A stretch of 42,500 nucleotides of DNA, from positions 1 to 42,500 of the forward strand of contig JBCAXP010000002.1 in the NCBI GenBank assembly GCA_038533995.1, written 5' to 3'. Below are positions 17,396 through 24,705 of the stretch, one piece after another. Numbering within the stretch: position 1 is the stretch's first letter; each line of letters begins with the position of its first letter. The position numbers and the translations under genes are program-made. The DNA is from Pseudomonadota bacterium (GTDB taxonomy: Bacteria > Pseudomonadota > Gammaproteobacteria > Steroidobacterales > JBCAXP01). Under the pieces are notes generated by a model. The model worked only from the letters and a program-made list of their open reading frames with translations. It did not search any database and was not told the DNA's origin.

Positions 17396-17519
17396 GACAC
17401 TTATTATACGCGCGGCGTTTCTGCCGGCGATGGGCGGCGATGGGCGGCTATGGCGGGCACGGGCCATGGTGACGGGTTGGCAGGCCCCCGGGGCGCGGGC
17501 TCAGGGCAGGCGTTTCGCG

Positions 17520-17548
17520 TTGCAAATCGCTTGGGGCTTCAGTAGAAT
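17520..17548 (+). promoter_or_regulatory. Putative sigma70 promoter of rplM-rpsI
   Basis: TTGCAA (17520..17525), a 17-nt spacer, then TAGAAT (17543..17548), about 50 nt upstream of the rplM ATG. Confidence 0.5.
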
Positions 17549-17599
17549 TGCGCACCTTTCGCCCTCGCGGCGATCTTTTTTTGTGGAGCTGGACAGATC

Positions 17600-18028
17600 A
17601 TGAGTACCTTTGCCGCAAAGGCGGAGACGGTTAGACGCGACTGGTATGTCGTTGACGCCACTGACAAGACCCTCGGCAGGCTCGCCACTGAGCTGGCCTC
17701 GAGGCTGCGTGGCAAGCACAAGCCCGAGTACACCCCCAACGTGGACACCGGCGACTACATCGTCGTGGTCAACGCCGGAAAAATCCGGGTCACGGGCAAC
17801 AAGCTCAAGGACAAGATGTACCACCGTTACACCGGCTACATCGGCAACCTGAAGTCTGTGCCGCTCGGCAAGATGCTCGATCAGGCCCCTGAGCGGGCGA
17901 TCCAGCTGGCCGTAAAGGGCATGCTGCCGAAGAACTCTCTCGGACGGAAGATGATCCGCAAGCTGCGCGTATACGCCGGCCCGGAGCACGAGCACGCGGC
18001 GCAGAGCCCGCAGCCGCTCGACATCTGA
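17600..18028 (+). CDS. rplM: 50S ribosomal protein L13
   Basis: [29 protein letters not shown]...; 142 aa, canonical L13. Confidence 0.95.
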   Translation: MSTFAAKAETVRRDWYVVDATDKTLGRLATELASRLRGKHKPEYTPNVDTGDYIVVVNAGKIRVTGNKLKDKMYHRYTGYIGNLKSVPLGKMLDQAPERAIQLAVKGMLPKNSLGRKMIRKLRVYAGPEHEHAAQSPQPLDI

Positions 18029-18061
18029 CACTGACTAAAAGACACCAGGACATCATTCCAC

Positions 18062-18454
18062 ATGGCAACTGATACGCATTACGGCACTGGCCGCCGCAAA
18101 ACCTCGACGGCCCGGGTCTTTCTTCGCCCGGGAAAGGGCGACATCACCGTCAACAACCTCCCGCTCGACCAGTTTTTTGGTCGTAAGACGGCTCGCATGA
18201 TCGTGCGCCAGCCGCTGGAGGTAACCAACCTTGAAAGCAACTTCGACATCGTTGCCACGGTAAGCGGCGGTGGCACCACCGGCCAGGCCGGCGCTATTCG
18301 CCACGGCATGAGCCGCGCCCTCATGGAGTACGACGAGACCCTGCGCAGCACCCTGCGCCAGGCAGGCTTCGTCACCCGCGACGCCCGTAAGGTAGAGCGC
18401 AAGAAGGTCGGCCTGCGCAAGGCCCGTCGCGCGACGCAGTACTCGAAGCGTTAA
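18062..18454 (+). CDS. rpsI: 30S ribosomal protein S9
   Basis: [18 protein letters not shown]... with C-terminal [14 protein letters not shown]; 130 aa. Confidence 0.95.
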   Translation: MATDTHYGTGRRKTSTARVFLRPGKGDITVNNLPLDQFFGRKTARMIVRQPLEVTNLESNFDIVATVSGGGTTGQAGAIRHGMSRALMEYDETLRSTLRQAGFVTRDARKVERKKVGLRKARRATQYSKR

Positions 18455-18470
18455 GCGATTGTCACCCTAT

Positions 18471-18544
18471 TGGGGGATCGTCTAGCGGTAGGACTGCGGA
18501 CTCTGACTCCGCCAACCCAGGTTCGAATCCTGGTCCCCCAGCCA
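18471..18544 (+). tRNA. tRNA-Gln (anticodon CTG), CCA encoded
   Basis: Cloverleaf folded by hand: acceptor TGGGGGA/TCCCCCA, D stem GTCT/GGAC, anticodon stem GCGGA/TCCGC with loop CTCTGAC, T stem CCAGG/CCTGG with loop TTCGAAT, discriminator G and CCA. Total 74 nt. Confidence 0.95.
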
Positions 18545-18575
18545 AAATGAAAAAAGGGCCCTTGCGGCCCTTTTT
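18526..18575 (+). repeat. Direct repeat copy 1: last 19 nt of tRNA-Gln plus the terminator
   Basis: The 50-nt string AATCCTGGTCCCCCAGCCAAAATGAAAAAAGGGCCCTTGCGGCCCTTTTT is identical to 18697..18746, 171 bp downstream. Confidence 0.95.
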
Positions 18576-18576
18576 T
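18550..18576 (+). terminator. Rho-independent terminator after tRNA-Gln (A-tract/hairpin/T-tract, potentially bidirectional)
   Basis: AAAAAA GGGCC CTTGC GGCCC TTTTTT: hairpin 18556..18570, T-run 18571..18576. Confidence 0.8.
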
Positions 18577-18696
18577 CTTTTCTCGGGACCAGAATGAGAA
18601 CCTCGAGGTTCGAGCCGGAGCCTGCGAAGCAGGCGGAGACAGCGGGCCCGCGCAGCGGGACCGACCCCGAAGGGGTGAGCCGCAGATGCGGCGAAT

Positions 18697-18746
18697 AATC
18701 CTGGTCCCCCAGCCAAAATGAAAAAAGGGCCCTTGCGGCCCTTTTT
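18697..18746 (+). repeat. Direct repeat copy 2: orphan tRNA-Gln 3' end plus terminator
   Basis: Perfect 50/50 identity with 18526..18575. Weaker similarity continues for about 30 nt more (GGGACC.GA.T..GAACCT). Confidence 0.95.
18721..18746 (-). terminator. Second copy of the hairpin, positioned as the terminator of the minus-strand NTF2-like gene
   Basis: Read on the minus strand, hairpin GGGCC GCAAG GGCCC (18741..18727) is followed by TTTTTT (18726..18721), about 35 nt after the stop at 18777. Confidence 0.7.
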
Positions 18747-18776
18747 ACTTTTTTTGTGGGACCGGATTCGAACCTG

Positions 18777-19226
18777 TCAGAGGAAGCCGGCGTCGGCCAG
18801 CGACAGGCCTTCGCGTTCGTTGTCCCAGACGATGTTCATGATCTTCCAGCCCTGTCCTTCGTTGACGAGGTTGAAGAAGTTCACGCCGCGCCCGCGCTCG
18901 GTCTCGCCCGCTGATTGGCGAGTGAACTCATACACACTGGCCAGTCGCGCCACGTTGCCAAACACCTGTACTTCCTGGTCGAGTTCTTTCTCGGTGAAAC
19001 GGACGTCGCTCAGCTTGTCGGCTGCGTTCGCTACGTACTCGTCGAACGTCATCGCCAGCACAAACGGTTTGCCGTTATCGCCGATTCCCGTGCGAACCAT
19101 GGTGGCGCGGGGATGATAGAGCGATCGCACGCTTTCCCAGTCGCGGTGCCCGCCCTTGGCCGAGACCACCTCGTACAGGCGGCGGGTTATCTGCTTGAAC
19201 TCGTCTTGATCGCTGGCGGCTTTCAT
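18777..19226 (-). CDS. Small NTF2-fold (SnoaL/DUF4440-like) protein, function unknown
   Basis: 149 aa from MKAASDQDEFKQITRRLYEV. The pattern (W...FGNVA.....F......G.GVNFFNLV...GWKI) resembles NTF2-like cone-fold proteins. This assignment is by eye only. Confidence 0.45.
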   Translation of the reverse strand: MKAASDQDEFKQITRRLYEVVSAKGGHRDWESVRSLYHPRATMVRTGIGDNGKPFVLAMTFDEYVANAADKLSDVRFTEKELDQEVQVFGNVARLASVYEFTRQSAGETERGRGVNFFNLVNEGQGWKIMNIVWDNEREGLSLADAGFL

Positions 19227-19279
19227 TTGATTAAGTCTCCGGGGGCAGGCGGCGGGCGCTGTGCGGCCGGTGGCTGGCG

Positions 19280-19936
19280 TCACGCGATCGTGTGCACGTC
19301 GTCGTCGGTGCCCACCATGATGATGTCGGCGCCGCGATCGGCGAAAAGACCGACCGACACCACGCCGGCGAGCTGGTTGATCGTGCGCTCGAGCTCCGGC
19401 GGATTGAGAATCTTCAGGTTGTGCACATCCAGGATGTGGTTGCCGTTGTCGGTGACGAAGTTCTCACGCAGGGCCGGCTGCCCGCCGAGCTTCACCATTT
19501 CCCGGCCGATGTACGCCCTGGCCATGGGAATCACCTCTACGGGCAACGGGAAGGCGCCGAGTACCTTGACCATCTTGCTCTCGTCCACGATGCAGACGAA
19601 TTTGCGTGACGCCGCTGCCACGATCTTCTCGCGCGTCAGTGCGCCGCCGCCGCCCTTGATGAGCTGGCGGTGATTGTTCGCCTCGTCGGCGCCGTCGACG
19701 TACAGGTCCAGCGTGCCGGCGGCATTGAGGTCGATAACCGGGATGCCGTGACCACGCAGGCGCTCCGCCGAGCGTTCCGAACTCGATACGGCCCCGTTGA
19801 TGCGGCCCTTTACCTCGGCCAGGGCGTCGATGAAGTAGTCCACGGTGGACCCGGTGCCCACACCGACCGTCATATCGTCCTCAACAAAGGCCATGGCGGC
19901 TTTTGCAGCGCGGCTTTTCTGGTCGTCCTGGCTCAT
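19280..19936 (-). CDS. rpiA: Ribose-5-phosphate isomerase A
   Basis: [37 protein letters not shown] and FPLPVEVIP are present. Start is ATG 19936 (MSQDDQK). Confidence 0.9.
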   Translation of the reverse strand: MSQDDQKSRAAKAAMAFVEDDMTVGVGTGSTVDYFIDALAEVKGRINGAVSSSERSAERLRGHGIPVIDLNAAGTLDLYVDGADEANNHRQLIKGGGGALTREKIVAAASRKFVCIVDESKMVKVLGAFPLPVEVIPMARAYIGREMVKLGGQPALRENFVTDNGNHILDVHNLKILNPPELERTINQLAGVVSVGLFADRGADIIMVGTDDDVHTIA

Positions 19937-19984
19937 GCTGGCTCGTCTCCTCGTGTCGGGCGGGGGCTTGCGAATCGCAGGCAC

Positions 19985-20016
19985 AAAAAAAACAGGTCCG
20001 CCGGAGCGGACCTGTT
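19985..20016 (-). terminator. Rho-independent terminator of the histone-like gene
   Basis: The minus strand reads AACAGGTCCGC-TCCG-GCGGACCTGTT followed by TTTTTTTT (11-bp stem), about 65 nt after the stop at 20081. Confidence 0.85.
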
Positions 20017-20080
20017 CATTTTAACGCAAAAGCAGGCAGTTAGCGTTGTGTGGCTACTGCCAGCGGCGAAACTCGCCGTG

Positions 20081-20587
20081 CTACTTCTTCTTCCGCGTTG
20101 TTGCCCGCTTCTTGCGGGTAGTAGTCTTCTTCTTGGCTGCTGCCTTCTTACGAGTCGTCTTCTTCTTGGCAGCAGTCTTTTTCTTAGCTGTTGCCTTCTT
20201 CTTGCGAGTCGTCGTCTTCTTCTTGGCAGTGGCCTTCTTCTTGCGGCCGGCTGTCTTCTTCTTGGCTGCCCTCTTCTTGGTAGCCTTCTTCTTAGTAGCC
20301 TTCTTCTTTGTGGCCTTTTTCTTTGTAGCCTTCTTCTTGGTCGTCTTTTTCTTGGCAGTTGCCTTCTTCTTCCGAGTGGTCGTCTTCTTCTTACGAGCAG
20401 TCGTCTTCTTCTTGGCAGTTGCCTTCTTCTTGCGAGTCGTCGTCTTCTTCTTACGAGTCGTCGTCTTCTTCTTCGCAGCAGCCTTCTTCTTGCGCGTAGT
20501 CGTCTTGCGTTTCGCAGCGACCTTACGCTTAGGAGAAGCCTTCTTCTTGCGAGTCGATTTCTTTTTTGCAGTTACTTTCTTAGCCAT
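20081..20587 (-). CDS. Lysine/alanine/threonine-rich histone H1-like (AlgP/Hc-like) basic repeat protein
   Basis: 168 aa from MAKKVTAKKKSTRKKK, made almost entirely of units like TTRKKKATAKKKT and KKKAT. GGAGA lies 5 nt upstream of the ATG, an AT-rich promoter region lies upstream and a strong terminator lies downstream. Confidence 0.7.
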   Translation of the reverse strand: MAKKVTAKKKSTRKKKASPKRKVAAKRKTTTRKKKAAAKKKTTTRKKKTTTRKKKATAKKKTTARKKKTTTRKKKATAKKKTTKKKATKKKATKKKATKKKATKKRAAKKKTAGRKKKATAKKKTTTRKKKATAKKKTAAKKKTTRKKAAAKKKTTTRKKRATTRKKK

Positions 20588-20776
20588 GTTGATCTCCGTG
20601 TCGGGAAGTTCGGGGACGAGTATATACAACAATATTAAAAATTCCAGCAACTTAAATTATTTTTCTCACGCTTAAGCGCGGTTCTTTTTTGCCGCATGCC
20701 GGCGAGTAGTTGCAGGTTAAGTGTCTGAGTGTGCTGAGTATCGCCCTTGCGACAAGGAGTGTGGTTCACGTGGTGT

Positions 20777-20802
20777 GTTTAAAACCCCTATAAAAATAGG
20801 GT
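20777..20802 (-). terminator. Weak hairpin/U-run after the EVE-domain gene
   Basis: The minus strand reads CCCTAT-TTTT-ATAGGG followed by GTTTTAAAC, 12 nt after the stop at 20815. Confidence 0.35.
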
Positions 20803-20814
20803 GAAACGCATTTA

Positions 20815-21279
20815 CTACTTCAGCGAGAGAACAAAATCCCAGTGTGCTTTTTCTACCGGCATAACGGAGAGCCGATTGCCGCGACGGAGTAACGGCATGC
20901 CTTCCAGTTCGTTGTCTGCAAATTGTTTCAAAGTGCGAAGTGAAATTATTTTTCGAAATTTGCGCACAAACTTTACGTCTACCATGTACCAACGCGGATT
21001 GTCGGGATCGCTTTTTGCATCGAAGTGCGGGTCCTTCGGATCGAACGCGGTGTGATCCGGATAGCCTGTGCGTGCCACTTTTGCAATGCCGACGATACCG
21101 GGTACGTCACAGTTTGAGTGATAGAAAAACACCTTGTCGCCGCGCTTCATTTCATCGCGCATCATGTTGCGCGCCTGGTAATTTCGCACGCCGTCCCAGT
21201 GGGTGGTTTTGTCTGCCTCGCCAGCAAGGTGATCGATGCCGTAGACGTCCGGTTCGGATTTCATGAGCCAGTACTGCAT
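20815..21279 (-). CDS. EVE (PUA-like, DUF55) domain protein
   Basis: MQYWLMKSEPDVYGIDHL, WDGVRNYQARNMMRDEMKRGDKVFFYHSN and GIVGIAKV are hallmark EVE-domain motifs. Confidence 0.8.
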   Translation of the reverse strand: MQYWLMKSEPDVYGIDHLAGEADKTTHWDGVRNYQARNMMRDEMKRGDKVFFYHSNCDVPGIVGIAKVARTGYPDHTAFDPKDPHFDAKSDPDNPRWYMVDVKFVRKFRKIISLRTLKQFADNELEGMPLLRRGNRLSVMPVEKAHWDFVLSLK

Positions 21280-21282
21280 GTG

Positions 21283-21894
21283 TCAATTCTCCGTCGCTTT
21301 TTTGTGAGAAGGGTATTGCCGAGTCTCGGTCACGATGCGCCATAGTGGGACATCCCACGGTTGAGGGTCCAGCGCCGAGTGTTTCTGTCGTTGAAAGGCG
21401 ACACCTATCAGTCGAGTGCTGGCTGGCGCCTGGTTCACGGTGAACGCAAACGTACGGTCGTAGTAACCGGCGCCCATGCCCAGCCGGTTGCCTTGCGGGT
21501 CGAAGGCGACGAGCGGCGTAATCACAAGGTCAAGCTGATCAGCCGCGATGAACGACTCAGCGCCAACAGCGGGTTCAAGGATGCCGTGCCGGTTGGTTTG
21601 CGTGTGACTGGCAGGTTCAATCGGTGCGAAGGAGAGCGGCGCGTCCGCCGATGCCGGCAGCACCGGGAGGAAAACCAGTTTGCCGCTGGCAAGCGCCGCA
21701 TCGATGCTAGCCGTCATGCTCGGCTCGCCGTCAAAGGCGCTGTACAGGGCGATGCGGCCGGCGTCGCGAAACGCCGTCATCCCGATGAGCTGCTGGTTGA
21801 TCGCCTGCTCGGCGCGGTCCCGCTCGGTTCCGGTAATTCCACGCCGGGCCTGGCGCATTTGCTGGCGAAGCTGCTGGCGGTCGCTGTCGTTCAT
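21283..21894 (-). CDS. 5-formyltetrahydrofolate cyclo-ligase
   Basis: LRQQMRQAR, IALYSAFDGEP, HGILEP and DLVITPLVAFDPQGNRLGMGAGYYDRT are present. Start is ATG 21894. It occupies the same position as E. coli ygfA, downstream of ssrS. Confidence 0.85.
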   Translation of the reverse strand: MNDSDRQQLRQQMRQARRGITGTERDRAEQAINQQLIGMTAFRDAGRIALYSAFDGEPSMTASIDAALASGKLVFLPVLPASADAPLSFAPIEPASHTQTNRHGILEPAVGAESFIAADQLDLVITPLVAFDPQGNRLGMGAGYYDRTFAFTVNQAPASTRLIGVAFQRQKHSALDPQPWDVPLWRIVTETRQYPSHKKATEN

Positions 21895-21960
21895 GGCCTG
21901 GGCCGAGGGGGCGGGGAACAGCGGGAGGAAAGGACAGGCGCCACCGCGAGTGCCGTCAGA

Positions 21961-22147
21961 GCCATTGCTCTCGATCCAGAGCAACAGGTGGGGTCGGTCG
22001 TTCGGTCGGAAGGCTACCCGCTCTCACGGGTTTGCACAAAGGCCGAGACAGGACAGGACCCCGATACTAAAATTTAGGGTCGAGAGGTATCCCAGCTCAT
22101 GTCGAACACCGCAGCCGGCGCCTGCTGCCACAGTGTAGGCAACTGGC
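21961..22147 (-). ncRNA. ssrS: Probable 6S RNA (ssrS); ends are approximate
   Basis: This ORF-free gap lies between zapA and the 5-FCL gene, which is the conserved ssrS position. On the minus strand the termini pair: GCCAGUUGC (22147..22139) with GCAAUGGC (21968..21961), and GCAGCAGG (22128..22121) with CCUGUUGC (21988..21981). This gives a ~187-nt closed rod. An internal GGUCCUGUCCUGUCUCGGCCUU resembles E. coli GGUCCGUCCGAGAAGCCUU. Confidence 0.65.
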
Positions 22148-22174
22148 AAGTCCACGGCAACAACCCACTTCACA

Positions 22175-22495
22175 CTAAAGTTCGAGCTGCTTGACGTTCT
22201 CGTCGCCGAGCGCCGCCTCGACCCGCTGGCGAAGACCCCGCACGCGGGCGCTTGCCGCCTCGTCGATGCGGTCCCCTGAGTTGCGTGTCTGCAGAAGTTC
22301 GTTGGTGATGTTGAGGGCGGCCATTACGGCGATGCGATCAAGGCCAACCACCTTGCCGCTCTCGCGAATCTCGCGCATCTTCTCGTTGAGCATGCTGGCA
22401 GCGCGCTTCAAGTCTGGCTGCTCGTCGGCCGGGCAGGCCACCTGGTATTCCTTTTCAAGAATGCGCACGCTCACGCGGGCAACCGTATTGCTCAT
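22175..22495 (-). CDS. zapA: Cell division protein ZapA
   Basis: VSVRILEKEYQVACPADEQPDLKRAASMLNEKMREIRESGKVVGLDRIAVMAALNI; 106 aa. Confidence 0.85.
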   Translation of the reverse strand: MSNTVARVSVRILEKEYQVACPADEQPDLKRAASMLNEKMREIRESGKVVGLDRIAVMAALNITNELLQTRNSGDRIDEAASARVRGLRQRVEAALGDENVKQLEL

Positions 22496-22725
22496 GATCC
22501 GTGCTCCATCGCCTTCAGGCGGTTAATCATTGCCTCGACGCGACTGCGCACCTGCTCGTTTTTCTGTAGCAGGCTGGCACGCTCGGTGATGAGGCTCTCC
22601 TGGCGCTGATGCAGCGACCGGTTTTCCTCCCGGAGCTGATCACAGGTGGCCACCAGTTCGTCGAGCCGGGACTCGAGTCGTTTGAGCTCACGATCGAACT
22701 CTTCGCGCAGTGTTTCGTCAGTCAT
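22492..22725 (-). CDS. Small coiled-coil protein (TIGR02449/ZapB-like) translationally coupled to zapA
   Basis: 77 aa from MTDETLREEFDRELKRLESRLDEL, with heptad-rich sequence. Its stop overlaps the zapA ATG (ATGA). Confidence 0.55.
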   Translation of the reverse strand: MTDETLREEFDRELKRLESRLDELVATCDQLREENRSLHQRQESLITERASLLQKNEQVRSRVEAMINRLKAMEHGS

Positions 22726-22812
22726 GGCCGCAATATAGAACCAGCCCGGAGTCGGGTCAATCTTCTGCACATGCTAGGATATGCGCCGTTTTAACAGTAC
22801 GGAGCAAAGCGC

Positions 22813-23382
22813 GTGACGCTGCTTACTTACAAGGAACTCGACCGTGCGCTCATGGACGCCGGAAGTCCCGGCAGCGCGTCCGAGGCGCACGGCACGCTGT
22901 GCGGATTGCTGGCCATGGGCGCAAACAACAAAACCGATCCGTGGATTGACCATATTCTTGCCGAAACGGACCGCCACAACGCCTTCGCGCGCGACGCCCG
23001 GCAGGTGCTCGAGAGGCTGCGCGACCAGGTAGCAGTGACGCTTGGTGATGATGACAATGTGTTCCCCGTGATGCTGCCGGCCGACGAGGAGCCGCTGGAC
23101 GAGCGCGCGGGTATGCTGGGCCAGTGGTGCCAGGGCTTTCTGTACGGACTTGCGACTGGCGGGCTCACCGATCCGAAAACGGCCAGCGACGACGTGGCCG
23201 AAGCCGTCAGCGACCTGTCGGAGATCAGCAAGGCCGGCTTCGCCGAAGACGACGACCTGGAAGAGAGCGAGGCCGCCTACGCCGAGATCGTGGAATTTGT
23301 GAAAGTCGCTGCCAGCCTCATCTTCGAAACGCTGAACCCGGTGCCCAAGGGCGCTGCACCGGCACCGTCACAACTCCACTGA
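22813..23382 (+). CDS. ygfB: UPF0149 family protein YgfB
   Basis: SEAHGTLCGLLAMG, LGQWCQGFLYGLA and an acidic C-terminal region are present. GTG start. The synteny ygfB-pepP-ubiH-ubiI matches E. coli. Confidence 0.8.
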   Translation: MTLLTYKELDRALMDAGSPGSASEAHGTLCGLLAMGANNKTDPWIDHILAETDRHNAFARDARQVLERLRDQVAVTLGDDDNVFPVMLPADEEPLDERAGMLGQWCQGFLYGLATGGLTDPKTASDDVAEAVSDLSEISKAGFAEDDDLEESEAAYAEIVEFVKVAASLIFETLNPVPKGAAPAPSQLH

Positions 23383-23397
23383 CGAGGACCAGCAACC

Positions 23398-24705
23398 ATG
23401 AATCCGCGTGAATTCGTTCGCCGGCGCAAGCAGCTCATGAGCATGATTGGCCGCGGCGGCATCGCGATTGTGCCGGCCGCGCCGGAGAAGGTCCGCAACC
23501 GGGACGTTCACTACCCGTACCGGCAGGACAGCGACTTTTACTACCTCACCGGCTTCGCGGAGCCCGAGGCGGTGGCGGTACTCGCGCCGGGACGCAAGAG
23601 CGCCGAGTACATCCTCTTCTGCCGCGACCGCGATCCGGAACGCGAGACCTGGGACGGCCGCCGTGCGGGCCAGGAAGGCGCGGTGGCGGACTACGGCGCC
23701 GACGACGCGTTTCCCATCGGCGACATCGACGACATTCTGCCGGGGCTGCTCGAGCCCTGCGAGCGGGTCTACTACACGATGGGCATCCACTCCGACTTCG
23801 ACCAGCGGGTCATCGGCTGGGTGAACTCGCTGCGCACCGGCGGCCAGTCCGGCTGGCACGGTCCACAGGAGTTCGTTGTGCTGGACCACATGCTGCACGA
23901 CATGCGCTTATATAAGAGTCGTTCCGAAGTCGCCGCGATGCGCCGGGCGGCGAAGATTGCCGCCACCGCCCACCGGCGCGCCATGCAGCGCTGCCGGCCG
24001 GGCATGAAAGAGTACGAACTGGAGGCCGAGTTCCTGCACGAGTTTCGCCGTCACGGGGCGCGTCCGTCGTACAACCCGATCGTCGGCGGCGGCGAGAACG
24101 CCTGCGTGCTTCATTACGTGGAAAACAACGATGAGCTGGCGAGCGGCGATCTCGTGCTGATCGACGCTGGCTGCGAGTACGACTACTACGCTTCCGATAT
24201 CACCCGCACCTTTCCGGTCAACGGCGAGTTCTCAGAATGCCAGCGCATCATCTACGACATCGTGCTGCAGGCGAACCGGGATGCCATCGAGCGGGTGCGT
24301 GCCGGTCACCACTGGAACGAGCCTCATGAGGCCGCCGTGCAAAGCATCACGAAGGGCCTGGTCAAGATCGGCCTGCTTCGCGGCAAGGTGCCTTCGCTAA
24401 TCAAGTCTGGTGCTTACAAGCGATACTTCATGCATCGCACAGGGCACTGGCTGGGTATGGATGTGCACGACGTCGGTGATTACAAGGTCGGTGACCAGTG
24501 GCGGGTGCTCGAACCCGGCATGGTGATGACGGTGGAGCCTGGTATCTATATCCCCCCCGGCACCACCGGCGTTGCGAAGAAGTGGTGGGGCATCGGCGTT
24601 CGCATCGAAGACGACGTGCTCGTGACCCGGGGTGACCCCGAAGTGCTCACAAAAGCGTTGCCTACCTCAGCCGATGAGATCGAAGCACTGATGCGGGCTG
24701 CGTGA
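23398..24705 (+). CDS. pepP: Xaa-Pro aminopeptidase PepP
   Basis: N-terminal creatinase-like domain and a pita-bread M24 domain with LIDAGCEYDYYASDITRTFPVNG, HRTGHWLGMDVHD, MTVEPGIY and IRIEDD metal-ligand motifs. Confidence 0.9.
   Translation: MNPREFVRRRKQLMSMIGRGGIAIVPAAPEKVRNRDVHYPYRQDSDFYYLTGFAEPEAVAVLAPGRKSAEYILFCRDRDPERETWDGRRAGQEGAVADYGADDAFPIGDIDDILPGLLEPCERVYYTMGIHSDFDQRVIGWVNSLRTGGQSGWHGPQEFVVLDHMLHDMRLYKSRSEVAAMRRAAKIAATAHRRAMQRCRPGMKEYELEAEFLHEFRRHGARPSYNPIVGGGENACVLHYVENNDELASGDLVLIDAGCEYDYYASDITRTFPVNGEFSECQRIIYDIVLQANRDAIERVRAGHHWNEPHEAAVQSITKGLVKIGLLRGKVPSLIKSGAYKRYFMHRTGHWLGMDVHDVGDYKVGDQWRVLEPGMVMTVEPGIYIPPGTTGVAKKWWGIGVRIEDDVLVTRGDPEVLTKALPTSADEIEALMRAA

Noticed and set aside
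17427-17456. Approximately three tandem 10-nt units (GCGATGGGCG GCGATGGGCG GCTATGGCGG) upstream of coq7
   Set aside because: The repeat is very short and imperfect and lies in a divergent promoter region. I can support no functional inference beyond a possible slippage-derived microsatellite.
18462-19116. 84-aa minus-strand and 132-aa plus-strand ORFs around the tRNA region
   Set aside because: The first runs through tRNA-Gln, the terminator and the hairpin spacer. The second is antisense to the NTF2-like gene and starts inside the repeated terminator. Neither has translation signals.
18471-19300. Possibility of a genomic island or prophage integrated at tRNA-Gln
   Set aside because: Only ~120 bp separate the two repeat copies. 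No integrase, excisionase, transposase or phage-like gene occurs anywhere nearby, and the flanking genes (rpsI, rpiA) are core. At most this is a scar (see findings).
19670-20675. Leu-rich 322-aa and Phe/Ala/Val-rich 209-aa plus-strand ORFs; tandem DNA repeats that might suggest a CRISPR or satellite array
   Set aside because: They are alternative-frame and antisense readings of the repetitive lysine-codon array of the minus-strand histone-like gene, which alone has an SD, promoter-like region and terminator. The repeats are contiguous, with no unique spacers, so this is not a CRISPR array.
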